A stretch of 64,000 bases of DNA from Lama glama (taxonomy: Eukaryota). The stretch lies in NCBI GenBank assembly GCA_028534125.1, contig CM052832.1, positions 21,888,001-21,952,000 of the forward strand, given 5' to 3'. A program made the position numbers and the translations under genes. Position 1 is the stretch's first letter. Each line of letters opens with the position of its first letter. Positions 12,590 through 24,939 of the stretch are shown here, one piece after another. The notes beneath the pieces were generated by a model. The model saw nothing but the letters and a program-made list of their open reading frames with translations. It had not been told where the DNA came from and did not search any database.

Positions 12590-13230
12590 CCTCCCCACCC
12601 CTACCTGTAGTCGACCTCCCCATCCAGAGCGTCTTTTGTGAAACATACACCTGATGACATCACTTGCCTGCTCAAACTCAGAAATGCTGGAGTATTCACC
12701 TACTTCCTCTAGTTCCCTCCAAATTATTCCCCACGATGCCACCTAAAAGATACTCCCCTAATAGCGATCTGATCATAGTAATTTTTCCTACTAGTGATTT
12801 CCAGCTGGTATTCAAGACCTGTCCAGATCTCCATCTCCCCAACTTCAATCTTCACTTCTCCCTACAGTCATCTGTTCCTCCAGACACACCAAACTGAATT
12901 TCTCAAGCTTGCACTATTTCATTTGCCTAAAAAACCTTTATTTTCTTCACAGAATGACAATTCCTACCCTTCTGCCATCCACCTGGCCTACTCCTATTCA
13001 TCATTCAGCTTCACCTTGATGTCTGTTAGATGCCTCTTCTCTGCATCCTGTAATAGACTATTCTCACACTTTACAATTCTGTATTAAGATAATTCATTTT
13101 TCCAGCCTGTCTTTATTACTACTTAAGAGATACTAAAGACAACATTTTTATCTGCTGCTCTCAGGATGTCCAGGGCCTAACACAGGGATGGGTACAGAAC
13201 AGACATTCAAGTGATCATGGAACACTAAAC
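12590..13230 (+). mobile_element. L2 3' fragment
   Basis: Pyrimidine-rich L2-like text (ctcctattcatcattcagcttcaccttgatgtc) ending in a degenerate ggcctaacacagggatgggtacagaacagacattcaa 3' end. Confidence 0.5.
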
Positions 13231-14029
13231 AATGTACAAGTAGGTAGAAGAAAAAAGAAGATGTGATAATGTGTGGGAACACATGCATATGGTTTGTTAG
13301 ATGCCTTCTACCAATTTCTTAAAGCTCTGAAGGCCACACTGATCCTCTGAAGTAAGCTTCAAGGTAATCACCAATTTCTTTAACAAATATTTAGGACTGA
13401 GACTTTGTCTTATTCACAGCTACATCCCCAGCACTTATTACGTGTCTCACACATGGCAGACACTCATTAAATATTTACTGAAGGAATGTTGAAATTTGAA
13501 AGCGAAGGAATACTATGAGCCATGTATTATGCACAGAATAAAGTCACGGATGTCTGTTAGCTAATGATAAACAATACAGCAACTGCAAATTTATTTCAAG
13601 CAAACAAACAAAAATCAAAATATAGTACAATCCATGCCAGATGCCAACTCTGTATCCTAGCACATTCTTCTCCTTGGTCACCTTAGAGCCATCAGACAAC
13701 CCTTACCACACCTCTAACAAAAAAGCCCACCCAAGAACTCCAGCAACATATAAAGCAAACGATTACTTCGTCTAGAATTTTGTCAGTGTTGAAACGTACT
13801 GACTTTAAAAATAGAGTGACTACTATGCTTGGTGATCCAGTCACTGCAACCCACAGGAATCCTGTGAATACACTAAAATGCCCACAAAATTACCTAACTT
13901 TGTAGTAACCACCCCTCAAAAGAGAATTTCCTTTCTCCAATGAACACAGAAGTTTCTTATCCAATTATTTCTCAATTCAGTTTTGTGTTAATACATCTTA
14001 TTTAATATTGTCAAAGACTACTTACAAGC

Positions 14030-15320
14030 ATAAATCAGTCAACAACCAAAACACAATGAGGATTTACTATGTGCCAGGCTCTGTTCTAGGTACCAGGGAT
14101 ATGGCTGTGAAAAGGGTGTCCACCCTCAAGGAGTTTACAGCCTTAAACAGGAAGTCTGATGAAAACAAACAAAACAGGGAAACAAGCAAGATGATTTCAG
14201 GTAACGGTCAATGGTATTAGGATGATTAAAGAGGGTAATGAACAAAGAGTAATTGTGGGGTTGTTGGTCACCCTTAGAAGTTTAAATCTAAGTTGAGATC
14301 TAAATAATGGGAAGGAATCTGCCATGCAAAGATCAGAAGAAAGAGCATTCCAAAGAGAAAATGCCGCAAGTGCAAAGGCCATGAAACAGGACAGAGCTTG
14401 TTGCGTTCCAGGAAGAGAGACCAGTGTGACTGGACACAGGGAGAGCGGGGAGAGAAAGGTCTCAGAGGGAGGCAGGGACCAGATGATGCTGGTAAGTTAA
14501 CAACTTTACATTTATTTTAAGAATAATGAGAAGTCACCACTGGGTTTCAAACATGAACTAATTTCTATTCAGAAATACCATTCTGGAAGAGGAAGAGCCT
14601 ACAGATTGGCCAAGAGTAAAAGAAGTGGGGAAAAAAGTAATGACAAGAAAACCAGTTGGAAGCTGACACACTGGTCTAAGCATAAGTGAAAGACATGGTA
14701 ACCGGGACTGGGGTTACAGCAATGGTGAGGCTGAGAAGTGAACAGATGTAGATTTTGGAGGCAGAATCAAGAGAACTCACTGATAAATTACATATGAATC
14801 ATGCAAGAAGAAATCAAGTAGGATTCCTAAGCACATGGAAGGGATTTTGGCCTGAGCATCGGTTGTTTGCAGCACCATTTATTGAGATGAGGACAGTTTG
14901 GAAAGAGATTTGGGGAACCGAGAATCAACAGTTTTGTTCTGGCCATGTTATGTTTCAGAGTCCTATTAAATATTCAACTAGAAATATTGACCAGCTGTTT
15001 GTATATGATGAAATCAAAGCTCATGGGAGTCTTCCAGGCTGGAGATACAACTGGGAAAATCAAAACCCTTAAAAAAAAAATCTGAACTTACAGGAATGGA
15101 CGCACTAATTTAAGAAGATAATGTTGGGAGTGGGGAGGACATTGAGTCATTTAAAGGTCTGATGGAGGAGTTGAGGTGGGAAAAGGATATTGAAAAGGGA
15201 TAGGCCATAGGATAAGAGGATAAAAACTAGGGAACCTGGTGTCATAGAAATCCAGAGAAGGAAGTATTTGAAAAAGGAGTAATCAATTGTGTTAACTGCT
15301 AAGAATTCAAGAAAGGTATC
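14030..15320 (-). mobile_element. L2 fragment
   Basis: tactatgtgccaggctctgttctaggtaccagggat followed by about 1.2 kb of purine-rich L2-antisense-like sequence. Confidence 0.7.
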
Positions 15321-15559
15321 TGTATAAATATTAGTATTGTTGCCAAAAAAAGCAAGACGATCCTCCACATTTTTTTTCATTTTCCTTTCTCAGTTTTAAT
15401 TATTTGTTTGTTCTGTGCCAGCCCACAATCACTCAGCAAAGGCCCTTTTTTAGGATTTTTAAGTAACACAGAAAAACTCACCACAAGGAAGTGAGGAGGA
15501 GAATCGTATATGACTATTCGCCAGTAAGGAATGTTTATCCCTCATGTTTTGCCCCCTTA

Positions 15560-15740
15560 GGAACACATTTCCCGGATTTTCAGATGCCATCAACTATAAG
15601 AAACACTATCAACTTTGTAAAAGCTTCTTCAAGAGAGGTGGAACACTATACTCATCAAGTTTTAAGATGCATCCCAAGTTCAAACATTAATATAGGAGGC
15701 AGGGTGGAGGTAAAATGCATCTGAAACAGAAGAAAAAAGC
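15560..15740. mobile_element. Possible MER104-like TcMar DNA transposon relic
   Basis: ttttaagatgcatcccaagttcaaacattaat...aaaatgcatct resembles the MER104 terminal region. Confidence 0.35.
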
Positions 15741-16269
15741 TAGTTTTTGGCATGCCTACCTTAGAGTGGCACCATCCAGAACAATCAGGAAACACCAGGA
15801 GACCTGCCTTTCCGAACCTCATCACCTAAAATAAAATAAATGTTCAAATATCCTACCAATAGTAGACAATCTGGTTACTGGATTAAGTATGTGGTAAGAG
15901 CAGGTTAAAGCCTTATGGTCTTGCCTGAATCAAAGCATTCATGTCAGGTTCCCCGGTGCCTGGGAGGGGGAAGCAGTCCTAGAGAAGAGCACTTACGGGA
16001 CAGGACTAGGCAGATGGGCAAGAATGGACCAAGGAAGGGAAAGGCAGTAGGAAGGCACCAATACTGGAGGCACAGACCTGGAGAGGACCCAAAATAGAAT
16101 TCTACCCACTGTGCAGCTTGTCCTACAGCACTGTTAACCCCTGAAATGCAGCTGAAAATCAGCTGCACATAAGCCAAATACAGCTAATGCCAGAGCTGGG
16201 ATATCAGGACTGGTGTGAAAGCTACCCACTCCAGGCTAGGCAGACGGAAGATCAGGATGTGATTATTTA

Positions 16270-16732
16270 CAGTCTTTCGTTATTACACACAGTGCTGTAA
16301 TGAACAGCACTGCACATATATCTTGTATTTTTCCCAGATTACCTTTGGAACCAAGTCCAAAATAGCAGTACAGTTGGGTCAAAGGATAAATTCATATGTA
16401 ATTTCCTGACTTACTGTCAAATTTCCCTCCATAAGCGGTGCACCGATTTGCAAACCCATGAGCAATGCAGGAGATTGCCCACTTACCCACAGCACTGCCC
16501 ACAGAGCGTGCTATCAAACCTTTGTACTTCTGCCAACGTGGCGAGAAACTGGATGCCAGTGCACTTTTAATGTGCATTTCTCTTATTATGAAGGAGCTGA
16601 GCATATTTTCATGTTGCAGGATTGTATCTTTTTTCCTCCTATTTTCTGTCTGTTTATAGCTTTTGCCCATTTTTCTATGGGGCTACAAGAGTCATTTTCA
16701 TCTTAAGCGGTAATTCACTAATATATGCAAAT

Positions 16733-16772
<40 letters not shown>

Positions 16773-17030
16773 GATGTTAATCTTTTGTCTGTAACAGAAG
16801 TTACAATATTTTCTCCCAGTTTGTCATTTTACGTTTTTATAGTTTCTTCATACTTTTTTTATTTCCAGGATATCAAATTTATCAACCTTTTCTCTTATTG
16901 CTTCTGGATTTTAAGTCTTAATTAGAAAGTTTCCTCTACTCCCAAATTATGAAGAAATTCACTCATGTTTTATTTTAATACACATATGGCTTTACATCTT
17001 GATCTTTGCTCTATTAGGACTTTATCCTGA
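16270..17030 (-). mobile_element. Ancient L1 fragment with an internal (AC)17 at 16735-16768
   Basis: tttaatgtgcatttctcttattatgaaggagctgagcatattttcatg is antisense L1 ORF2; the ORF track shows HENMLSSFIIREMHIK. Confidence 0.75.
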
Positions 17031-17089
17031 TATACATTGATCTCATTGATTTTTTAATGCAAAATGAATTAAGATCCTTTGTTCTCATA

Positions 17090-17750
17090 TCAAATTGGAA
17101 AATATTAAAAAGTATGATACTACGGGGAAGTTGGCAAGCTCTACTCTGCTGATGGAGTCTACACTGATGAAACTGTCACTGTAACAGCTATTAAAAATTT
17201 AAATGTGCATCAGAATTTCTCCTACACATACCTGCACCACAAACACATACTTATATACAAACACACACATATACATATACGTGTGTGTGTATATATATAA
17301 ATATATATATTTACATACATAAATACACACACATTTTAAAATTCACATGGAAGATTATTGACAAAGCAAAAAACCTGAAAAGTCTACACATCCATTATAA
17401 GGAGACTGGTTAAATAAATCATGAGATTGCAGCTAAAGTACCATTAGCTGTTGAAAAAGCAAGATAAATCTGTAAGTGCTAATTCATAGTAATCTTTATT
17501 ATATCATCAGGTGAAAGCAAGTTGAAGAGTAGACCTTGTATTTCATTTGTGTTTTCAAAAGGAAAAAGAGAAAAGGGGGAATTCTGTTCTAAGTTAAAAA
17601 AAAAAATCCTCAAAGCATACATATGAAACTGAGGTGTTTGCCCTTGGAAGTAAGAGGAAGGTCAGCTGTCCTTCAATACAGCCTTAACATGCACCTTGTA
17701 TATTCTTTTTCTTTTATTAAACTTGCATGGACACTAATTGTATAATTTTA
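17090..17750 (+). mobile_element. Ancient L1ME-like 3' fragment
   Basis: acaaagcaaaaaacctgaaaagtctacacatccattataaggagactggttaaataaatcatg. Confidence 0.55.
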
Positions 17751-18189
17751 TTAAGTTTAATCCCTGAGAAGGGGCACATTAATATTTAATTTAGATCCAT
17801 GTGCATTATTTGAAATCTAAAAGCATTTAACTAAACTAAAAAACTAATAAAGCCTTTAAAAAATTTTTTTAAGTTTCTTTTTCCATAGAGCTCAAAATTA
17901 ATAGTATTCTTTCATTTTAAGGGAAGAATATAAACTACTTTCCTGCTGTGATCCATCATGAAAACAGCAACCTGATACACATTTTCTGGGACTTTCCTCC
18001 CCACTGCTGAAAGCTTTCATACTCACTGAACCAAGAAAATGATGGTCACTGACACACTACCCACGTTGCATGTGAGAACAGAGAAACAAATTATTTGTTT
18101 TAATCGAAACACATTTACTTTCCCAACTATTTCTTTCTGTACACAAGATGAATTACTTTTAAATCTTAAGTAATAAAAATCTGACTAGC

Positions 18190-18440
18190 AATAATGGCAA
18201 TAGCTAACATTATTGAGTACATATTATGCATGCAGCAATAAGCCAAGCATGCATGTTCTTTCTCCACAACCCCCTTCCATTTAATCCTCCCAATCGGAGG
18301 CAGGTTCAACTTTTACTTCAGTTTTACAGAGGGGGAATCTAAGACTTAGACAGGAAAAGTAACTTGCCTAAAATCACACAGTAATAGGGTGGGTCAGGAT
18401 TAGAAATCCAGACAAACTGACTCCAGAGACTGTAAATTTA
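18190..18440 (-). mobile_element. MIR SINE
   Basis: Antisense MIR core: ttttacagagggggaatctaagacttagacaggaaaagtaacttgcctaaaatcacacag. Confidence 0.75.
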
Positions 18441-19269
18441 AGGAAATTAGAATGCCTCATTAGTGGCTCTTTGCCTCTTGATCAAAAATAATGCAGACAA
18501 TATCTGAAAACAAAATAAAGTAGTATTGCATGGCCTTAAGGTTGCCTCATGGTACTATTTCTAAGAAGACAAATAGCCAGGCTTCAAAAGGAGCTGTTTG
18601 CCTATTTCCAAAATCTCCAAGATCTTGAATATGTCAGCTCTTGGCCTTCTGTAATCGGTGAGAGACACGCAAGTAAAGAAAGAATTAATCCTGAGTGCAG
18701 AATCATCACTCCCAAGCAGGCTGACTGTCAAAGCCACCCATCTTCCCTTCAGCCTGCAGCTTTCTGCATAATGGTGGCATTATAGAAGAGAGGAGCGTGC
18801 TTCACATCAACAGTGCTCAGAGTAAAACATTTCTCTTACACAAAACCGTTCCATTTGCAAGTCAACTAAAGGAACGGCCTACAACAGTAAGAACGGCCTA
18901 CAACAGTAAGAAAAGCCTGGAATTACTTCAATTCGTAGATTTAAGTAGGGCAGTTAAGCCAGTGACACAAATAAGAATTCACTAAGAATATAACAAAGAG
19001 GGGGGGAAAGTCTGATTGTTTTGGACCCAACAACATTTTGGGGGAATTTCTTCACCACAGAACTCTGGAAGACAAGTCAAGTCCAAATGTTTAAATGTCC
19101 ATTACACTTAATCATAACCCAGGGAGTTTATCTGTGTAATACAAATCATTGGATTTCTAGTAAAAACTCAGAGAAAAGAGTATGCTTTAATAAGAACACT
19201 TTAAAGCACCTTTGTGGAGCACACTGAAAATACCATCTTAAAACCAGTAAGACAAAATAAAAATTCTGG

Positions 19270-19670
19270 TCCCGGGGTTGATTTCTTCCTTCCACACTTC
19301 ACGTACTGTTCTTTATAGGGACTGTGCAATTGCACGGTGTGGAGACACCGTGTTTTCAAAATCTGCTTTATAAAAACAATGAAGGTGACCCACGGAAAAG
19401 TACTCTCCTTTAACCAGCCAGGGTTGGAGCAGTGGGAGGCTGGGGAGAAGACAGGGAGGAAAAGAGGGAGCAGGAAAGAGGAGGAGGGGAAATGAGAGAG
19501 AGAGAGAGACCGGCACAGAGCACGCACACTCCCAGTCTGAAGCCCACAGAGAAGCGCCCCTCCACTGCCTGGTGCTGGTGGCGCTGGGCATGTTTCTGAG
19601 TGAGGCCAGCACAGAAGCCGCTGGGGGAGCACTTCGCCTTCGAGGCTGCCCACGTAACCGGTTTGCTCTT
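19270..19670. promoter_or_regulatory. Candidate intronic enhancer or alternative promoter
   Basis: Non-repetitive GC-rich patch with about 14 CpGs in 400 bp, a long purine tract, AACCGGTT (19656-19663) and CACGTA (19651-19656). Confidence 0.4.
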
Positions 19671-20269
19671 TTACAACAGTCCTGCTGATCACTTCACAGA
19701 AATAAGATGAGGAAACCCAGGGTCAGCTTGAACTCTGTTTACTGTATCAAGGGAAAAGAACATTTTTTTTTCTTCTAAGTGAGAAATCGTAGCTGGCAAA
19801 ACTCTAACAATAACTAATGAAAATTAATTACATAGCTACATAGACCTGGTCATGATCAAAATCAGAGCATTAGACAGACATCTTTCACTTACTACGTAGA
19901 ACAGAATATTGCCAATATCCTCTCATCCTCTTTCCAAATTAAACTGTTCTGTTGATCCTCCATTAACTACTTCAGAGGGAACTGCATCTAAAAAAATCCC
20001 TGAAAGATTACCTATTTCTACATGTAAAATAAGTTTATAAACTCAGAAGCAATATACACACCAAAGAGACTGTATAGGGCATTTCATGATTCACCACCCC
20101 TCTATCCAAAGCCCTTCTGGATGCTGTGTTCCTGCCACACTGAACTTTTAGGCTCTCAGGCCTGAAGAGTAAAACTCAAAAGTTGAGAAGACCAAAATCA
20201 AGTTTGAAAAAAAAAGGGGGACAAAGAATATGAACTGAGAGTTTCTAAAAAAAGAAGCACATACAGCTC

Positions 20270-20990
20270 TCGAACACACAAAAAGATGTTTAACCCCGTT
20301 CTTAATAAATGAAAAGTACAACTGCACTTAAAAAAAAAAAAAAAAACCTGTGCCATTTTTCTTCACTTCCTATATTGTCAAAAACCCAAAAGTTTGATAA
20401 CACACTGAGCTGGCGTAACTGAGGAAACAGGCACTCTCATGCGTTGCTGATGGGAATACAAACTAGACCGCCACGGATGGAGGCAATTTGACAGTATCTT
20501 CTGAAACGGCAAGTATGCATCCTGTGACAGAGAAGTTCTAAGAATTTAGCCTACAATAAACATACTTGCACAGGTGCAAAGGCATTCATTGCAGCATTAT
20601 TTGTAACAGCAAAAGGTGACTGGCTAAAGACATTTAAGTATATTCTGAACTGAGACTTGTTTAAAGCTGCCTACAAAAGAAAAACAAAAAGAATAACCTC
20701 TAAGTCCTAATATAAAAAGATCTCTAGGACATACGGTTCAGAGAAAAGAGTAAGACACTAAAAAGCACATACACTATGCTACCATTGGAACTCTAGAAGA
20801 CACATTCACATTTGCTTGTACTTGCATTAAAAAAAAGTGGGGGTGTGTGTGCCAGCAATGAACAGCAAAGGCTGGGACTGGGAGGAGGCAGTGGAACAGG
20901 ACTGATGGGAGAAAAGAGGAAGATTTTTCCCTGTATAACTTATTTTTTATTTTTGAACCAATTCAAAAATCACATATTTTCAAAGTAAAA
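20270..20990 (+). mobile_element. Ancient L1ME-like 3' fragment
   Basis: aaagatgtttaacccc...gaggaaacaggcactctcatgcgttgctgatgggaatacaaactag...attcattgcagcattatttgtaacagcaaaa. Confidence 0.75.
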
Positions 20991-21229
20991 AAGCAATTGT
21001 AAAAAATATAGCTTGTCTTAATTCAACAATCTTGCCATTTCTTTGCTCCCTCTCATACTCAAACATCTCGAAACAAACTGTCCCTCTGTGCCAGCTGTAC
21101 TCTGTCACCTCCCATTCACTCTTCCACTGTTTCATTCTGATGAAGACCTTCAGCCACTCACCATTTTCCTGTAACCGCTTTCATCAAGGGAATTGATGAA
21201 ACAGCATGATGTAATCAAACATTCCTTTC

Positions 21230-21317
21230 CCTTTTTTTAACATTTTTTATTGATTTGTAATCATTTTACAATGTTGTGTCAAATTCCAGTGTTCAGCACA
21301 ATTTTTCAGTTATACAT
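21230..21317 (-). mobile_element. Young, heavily 5'-truncated L1 3' end
   Basis: Reverse complement reads ...ttgacacaacattgtaaaatgattacaaatcaataaaaaatgttaaaaaaa. Flanking repeat attcctttc at 21221-21229 and 21322-21330. Confidence 0.75.
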
Positions 21318-22638
21318 TAAAATTCCTTTCTTTATGGTGTCGCTAGCATCAGTCTGTTTTCCTCCTATCGCCCTGGCCTCTCCACTTTATCCATCCGTCT
21401 GCCCTCCATGAATTAGAGTTCCTTAGGACCTCAGTTTTGGTTCCCTTCTCCTTGGCCACCAGATGATTCCAACCACTCCTCTCATGGTTTTATACACCAC
21501 CAGTACACTGACAATTGACACCCAAGTTTACACTCCCAATTCCAACACCCACCTGAGCTCACTACCCAATTCATCCAGTAACATCTCCACTGCAACATAC
21601 CGAAGAACTATTAACCTTGACACCAACCATTTCTACAACTGAACTCTCAAATTTTCACCCTTGTACTCATCAGATTCTAGTTAAGAAAAAACAGAAACCA
21701 CTCTTGGTGTTAAGATAAAAATTAATACAGAAGTGTGGTTACATGAGCAACAGAAAAGTCAAGACACCGAAGGGGGATGGTGAAGCAGCCAGGAGATGAG
21801 TAACAGCAGGAAAGCTCTACCAGCCTGAGGGCCGAGAGACCCACTGGAGGAGGTGGGATTATGAGAACCCCGAAGCTGCGATCACTGGGCCAGGGCAAGA
21901 GCCACAGCAGGAGCTAAGCCCTGGAGACCAGGACTGCAACAAGGGGCAGAGCTGTCTCACAGGACTGAAGCCACAGGAATGAAAGTGCCACTTCCTGGGA
22001 CACGGCCCAGAGAGAAGAGAGGGAGGAAACCTCTCTACCTTCTCACTAAGTCCTCCCTCCAGGCTTCCATCAGTGCCTCCTATTGGCCACTTCTACCCAC
22101 AAAAGCCAAAAGGCAAGGAGGCTGTGGAGTGCAGTTCGACGCAGCACAGAGGAAGCGAGGGAACGGACTTTTGAGAGTCAACAGGCAAATGACTCAACCT
22201 TACCTCTTGCAGACCTTCCCATCACTATAAATGATATATTTACTCCAATGCTGAAACCAGAAACCTGGAAGTCATCATTAATCATTCCTTGTACCTCACC
22301 ATCTCCCACAGCAAATCCAAAAACTCTCAAGAGTCCACCTTCAAACAAATGTATGTCTGCTACTTCTCTCCACAGCCCCCCACCAAGATCATTACACAGT
22401 CTCCTGCCTCCTGATGGCTGCCATGAAGGCAACTATGAAAACTATCATTTAGCCAAAGGTAAGTAGGAGTCGTTTTAACTGGATTATCACGGATAATCTA
22501 CAAATGTGGATAACTGAAAACCAGCTGATAAGACATATACTATTGACAGCTATTTGCAACTATATTTTGGTAAAGGAGAGAATAAGTCATTATTAAGAAT
22601 TTACTATAAATCAAAAAACAGTTGTTAAAACAATACAA

Positions 22639-23805
22639 TTTTTTTAGAACAACTTAGCAAAATAAAATTCCAGTGTATTGTTGGACATTTGTTTCACACA
22701 TTCAAACAAGCCAAATAAACAAACAGCAACTTCATAGACAGAAAAAGGGGAAAAAAATAAACCTTTCACTTTGGCTTTTTTAGCCACCTCATAAAACTCA
22801 TATAGTGCAGCTAAGTATATAAACAAAAAAAATTACTGGCATATTGGGAATAAGATTGTTTTTGTTCTTGTGTTTTTCTCCTGAGGTTTTTTTCCCCACT
22901 TTGAGATTATAATGAACATGGTCACACCACAAGTAAAGTCGGAAGTAGGGCAGAGAACAATCCAAAGGCTGGTCTGGTCATCCAAGATCATTAAAAATGT
23001 CTGACCCCTAACAGTACGTTCAAAAAATGTAAAATGCAAGCTAAAAATTCAAATAAATTTTTCTTTTTAAAGCACTTTTAAGAAAAGAAGCAGGGCCTTG
23101 AAAGCTTTCGGGGTTTTTTTTTCTTTTCTTCTCCTGTTGCAAATTCACACTGTGGTTTCGGTTGGGTGGTGGGTGGTGCCACCCACAGGGGGCAGCCAGG
23201 GGGGCCTCTCTACTCCAAGGTAACTACGTTGAGAGTCCGAGATGGAAAGTGAGGAATGAATGGATCAGGGCATCTTTTTTATCTTCTTTTCCTTTTTGTA
23301 AGTTTGCCTTGTTCTTTTTTGCTTTCTAGTTATCCTCATCAGTCTTCTGCATCTTGGTGTCAACATGGTTGTCCCTGCCATCTTTGGCTGCTCATCTGCC
23401 CAAAGCTGCCTCAGCCTGCTCGTCTTCATCTTTATCTTTATCCTTTTCCTCCTCCTCCACTTCCTCCCCACCTTCTACCTCACTGGCAGCCTCCTGCTCC
23501 CCATTTTCCTCATTATTTCTCCATTAGGAGGTCCACCCCTTCCACTCTCCATCTCCTCCACAACTTCCTTCTTCTCCTTTAAGTCCTTGGTGGTGATCTC
23601 AGAGCTGGTGTCCACAGCTGTGTCTGACACAGTGGGACACACCAGTGATTCAATGCAGCAGACTGAAAAGAAAGCCCCAGTTTGGAGACCGGCAATAAAG
23701 CTGCCCGAGCCCATGTCTGCAGAGGAGACACAAACCATGCGGCTGCAGTGAGCAGGGAGCCAGTCTCAGGGACAATGAAAAGATGGCTTTTCAGAGCAGC
23801 TGACT
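22639..23805 (-). pseudogene. PTMA: Processed (intronless) prothymosin alpha pseudogene covering 5' UTR, CDS and 3' UTR
   Basis: 5' UTR gctgctctgaaaagccatctt... is present. The CDS remnant at 23326-23630 reads SDTAVDTSSEITTKDLKEKKEVVEE...VDTKMQKTDEDN*. The start ATG is changed to GTG, there is a frameshift after NG and an in-frame TGA. A PTMA-like 3' UTR runs to ...tttgctaagttgttct plus an A7 remnant. Confidence 0.95.
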
Positions 23806-24939
23806 AGACCAATTGCATCTTTAAATTCATATATTCCACAGAAAATTTCCTTCCTGATTCAAATATTTTAAAAGTGCTATACTGAAAAGAGTTCTCTTTA
23901 GCCAAAGAGCAAATCATAACAACCTACAGAAACCACTCGCTAGCAAATTTGCAAAACATCTGGTTTCCATTCAGACTATATACAATCCTCAATTGTTTAG
24001 CACAAATCGATAACTCAATTCATCTGCATGGAATGGTACATTTCCATGACCAACTCTAGAGTATAGAAGTACCTCCTTGAAAGGAAGTTTAGATTATCTG
24101 CTGAATATTACCTCTAATACAAGAGCTACCTCTGGATTTTTGACCCAGCAAACTTCCTGGGTCAAAACAATTACCCATATGGTAATCAAAAGAAAAATAC
24201 CCATAGGACACTGCCAAGAGAGGAAAGATTCAGATCAAAAATAAAGCTATGGACTAGTCACAGGTTCACTAGACTTCAAAGTACAAAGAAGAACAACATC
24301 AAAGATCTACTGAAGTAATGAAAGTGAATGTGAGTGAAGTACTTTAAAGTCAGCGTCCATTCTGACTTGTCAATGCTCATGCCATATGAATGTCTGATAT
24401 TTAAAATACAGCCCCAGGAGAGAAATAAAATGAGCCAACTGTAGACCTAAGTAGGCATCCAATAATTGTAGTTCAACTGACCGACAGTTATTCATAAATA
24501 ATATCCCCAAATAATAGTTATCAAACTTTCTAAAATTACAAATATGTTTTACCAACTTGAGACAAAGGATAAGAGACAAAGAGATGGAAAACTATTGTCT
24601 TAAAGGATTATTTGGGAAAGAAGAACTACAGAAAACCTTACTCATTTGTCACAGTAACCAGGGACTCCCTGGGGAGAGAAATGAGTATTTAATTATCTGA
24701 CAGACCTGCATATAAACAGGGAGAATTAGCTTAATAAGACAAGTAACATTATTTTAACTAGAATTTGATTTGTGGAATGTATTAATGTTACCACCTTTTA
24801 AAATTAATATTGACATCCCCCAACTCCAAATCTACTTTTCAGATTTAAATCTGATTGAAAATTTTAATTGAGTCATTTTCTAGTTCAAGTCAAAAATAAC
24901 GTATTCTAGTCTTAAATTTGCTTCAAAACACTAGTGATT

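Noticed and set aside
19325..19352. miR-363/miR-92-like seed AATTGCACGG
   Set aside because: Similarity stops after about 11 nt and there is no ~60-nt pre-miRNA hairpin.
19201..19692. 163-aa minus ORF
   Set aside because: Low-complexity product of a GC-rich and CT-rich tract with a GTG start.
23326..23630. Functional PTMA retrogene
   Set aside because: Start codon lost, frameshift and in-frame TGA present; no clear TSD could be identified either.
23256..23751. + strand ORFs of 108 and 128 aa
   Set aside because: Antisense frames of the PTMA pseudogene.
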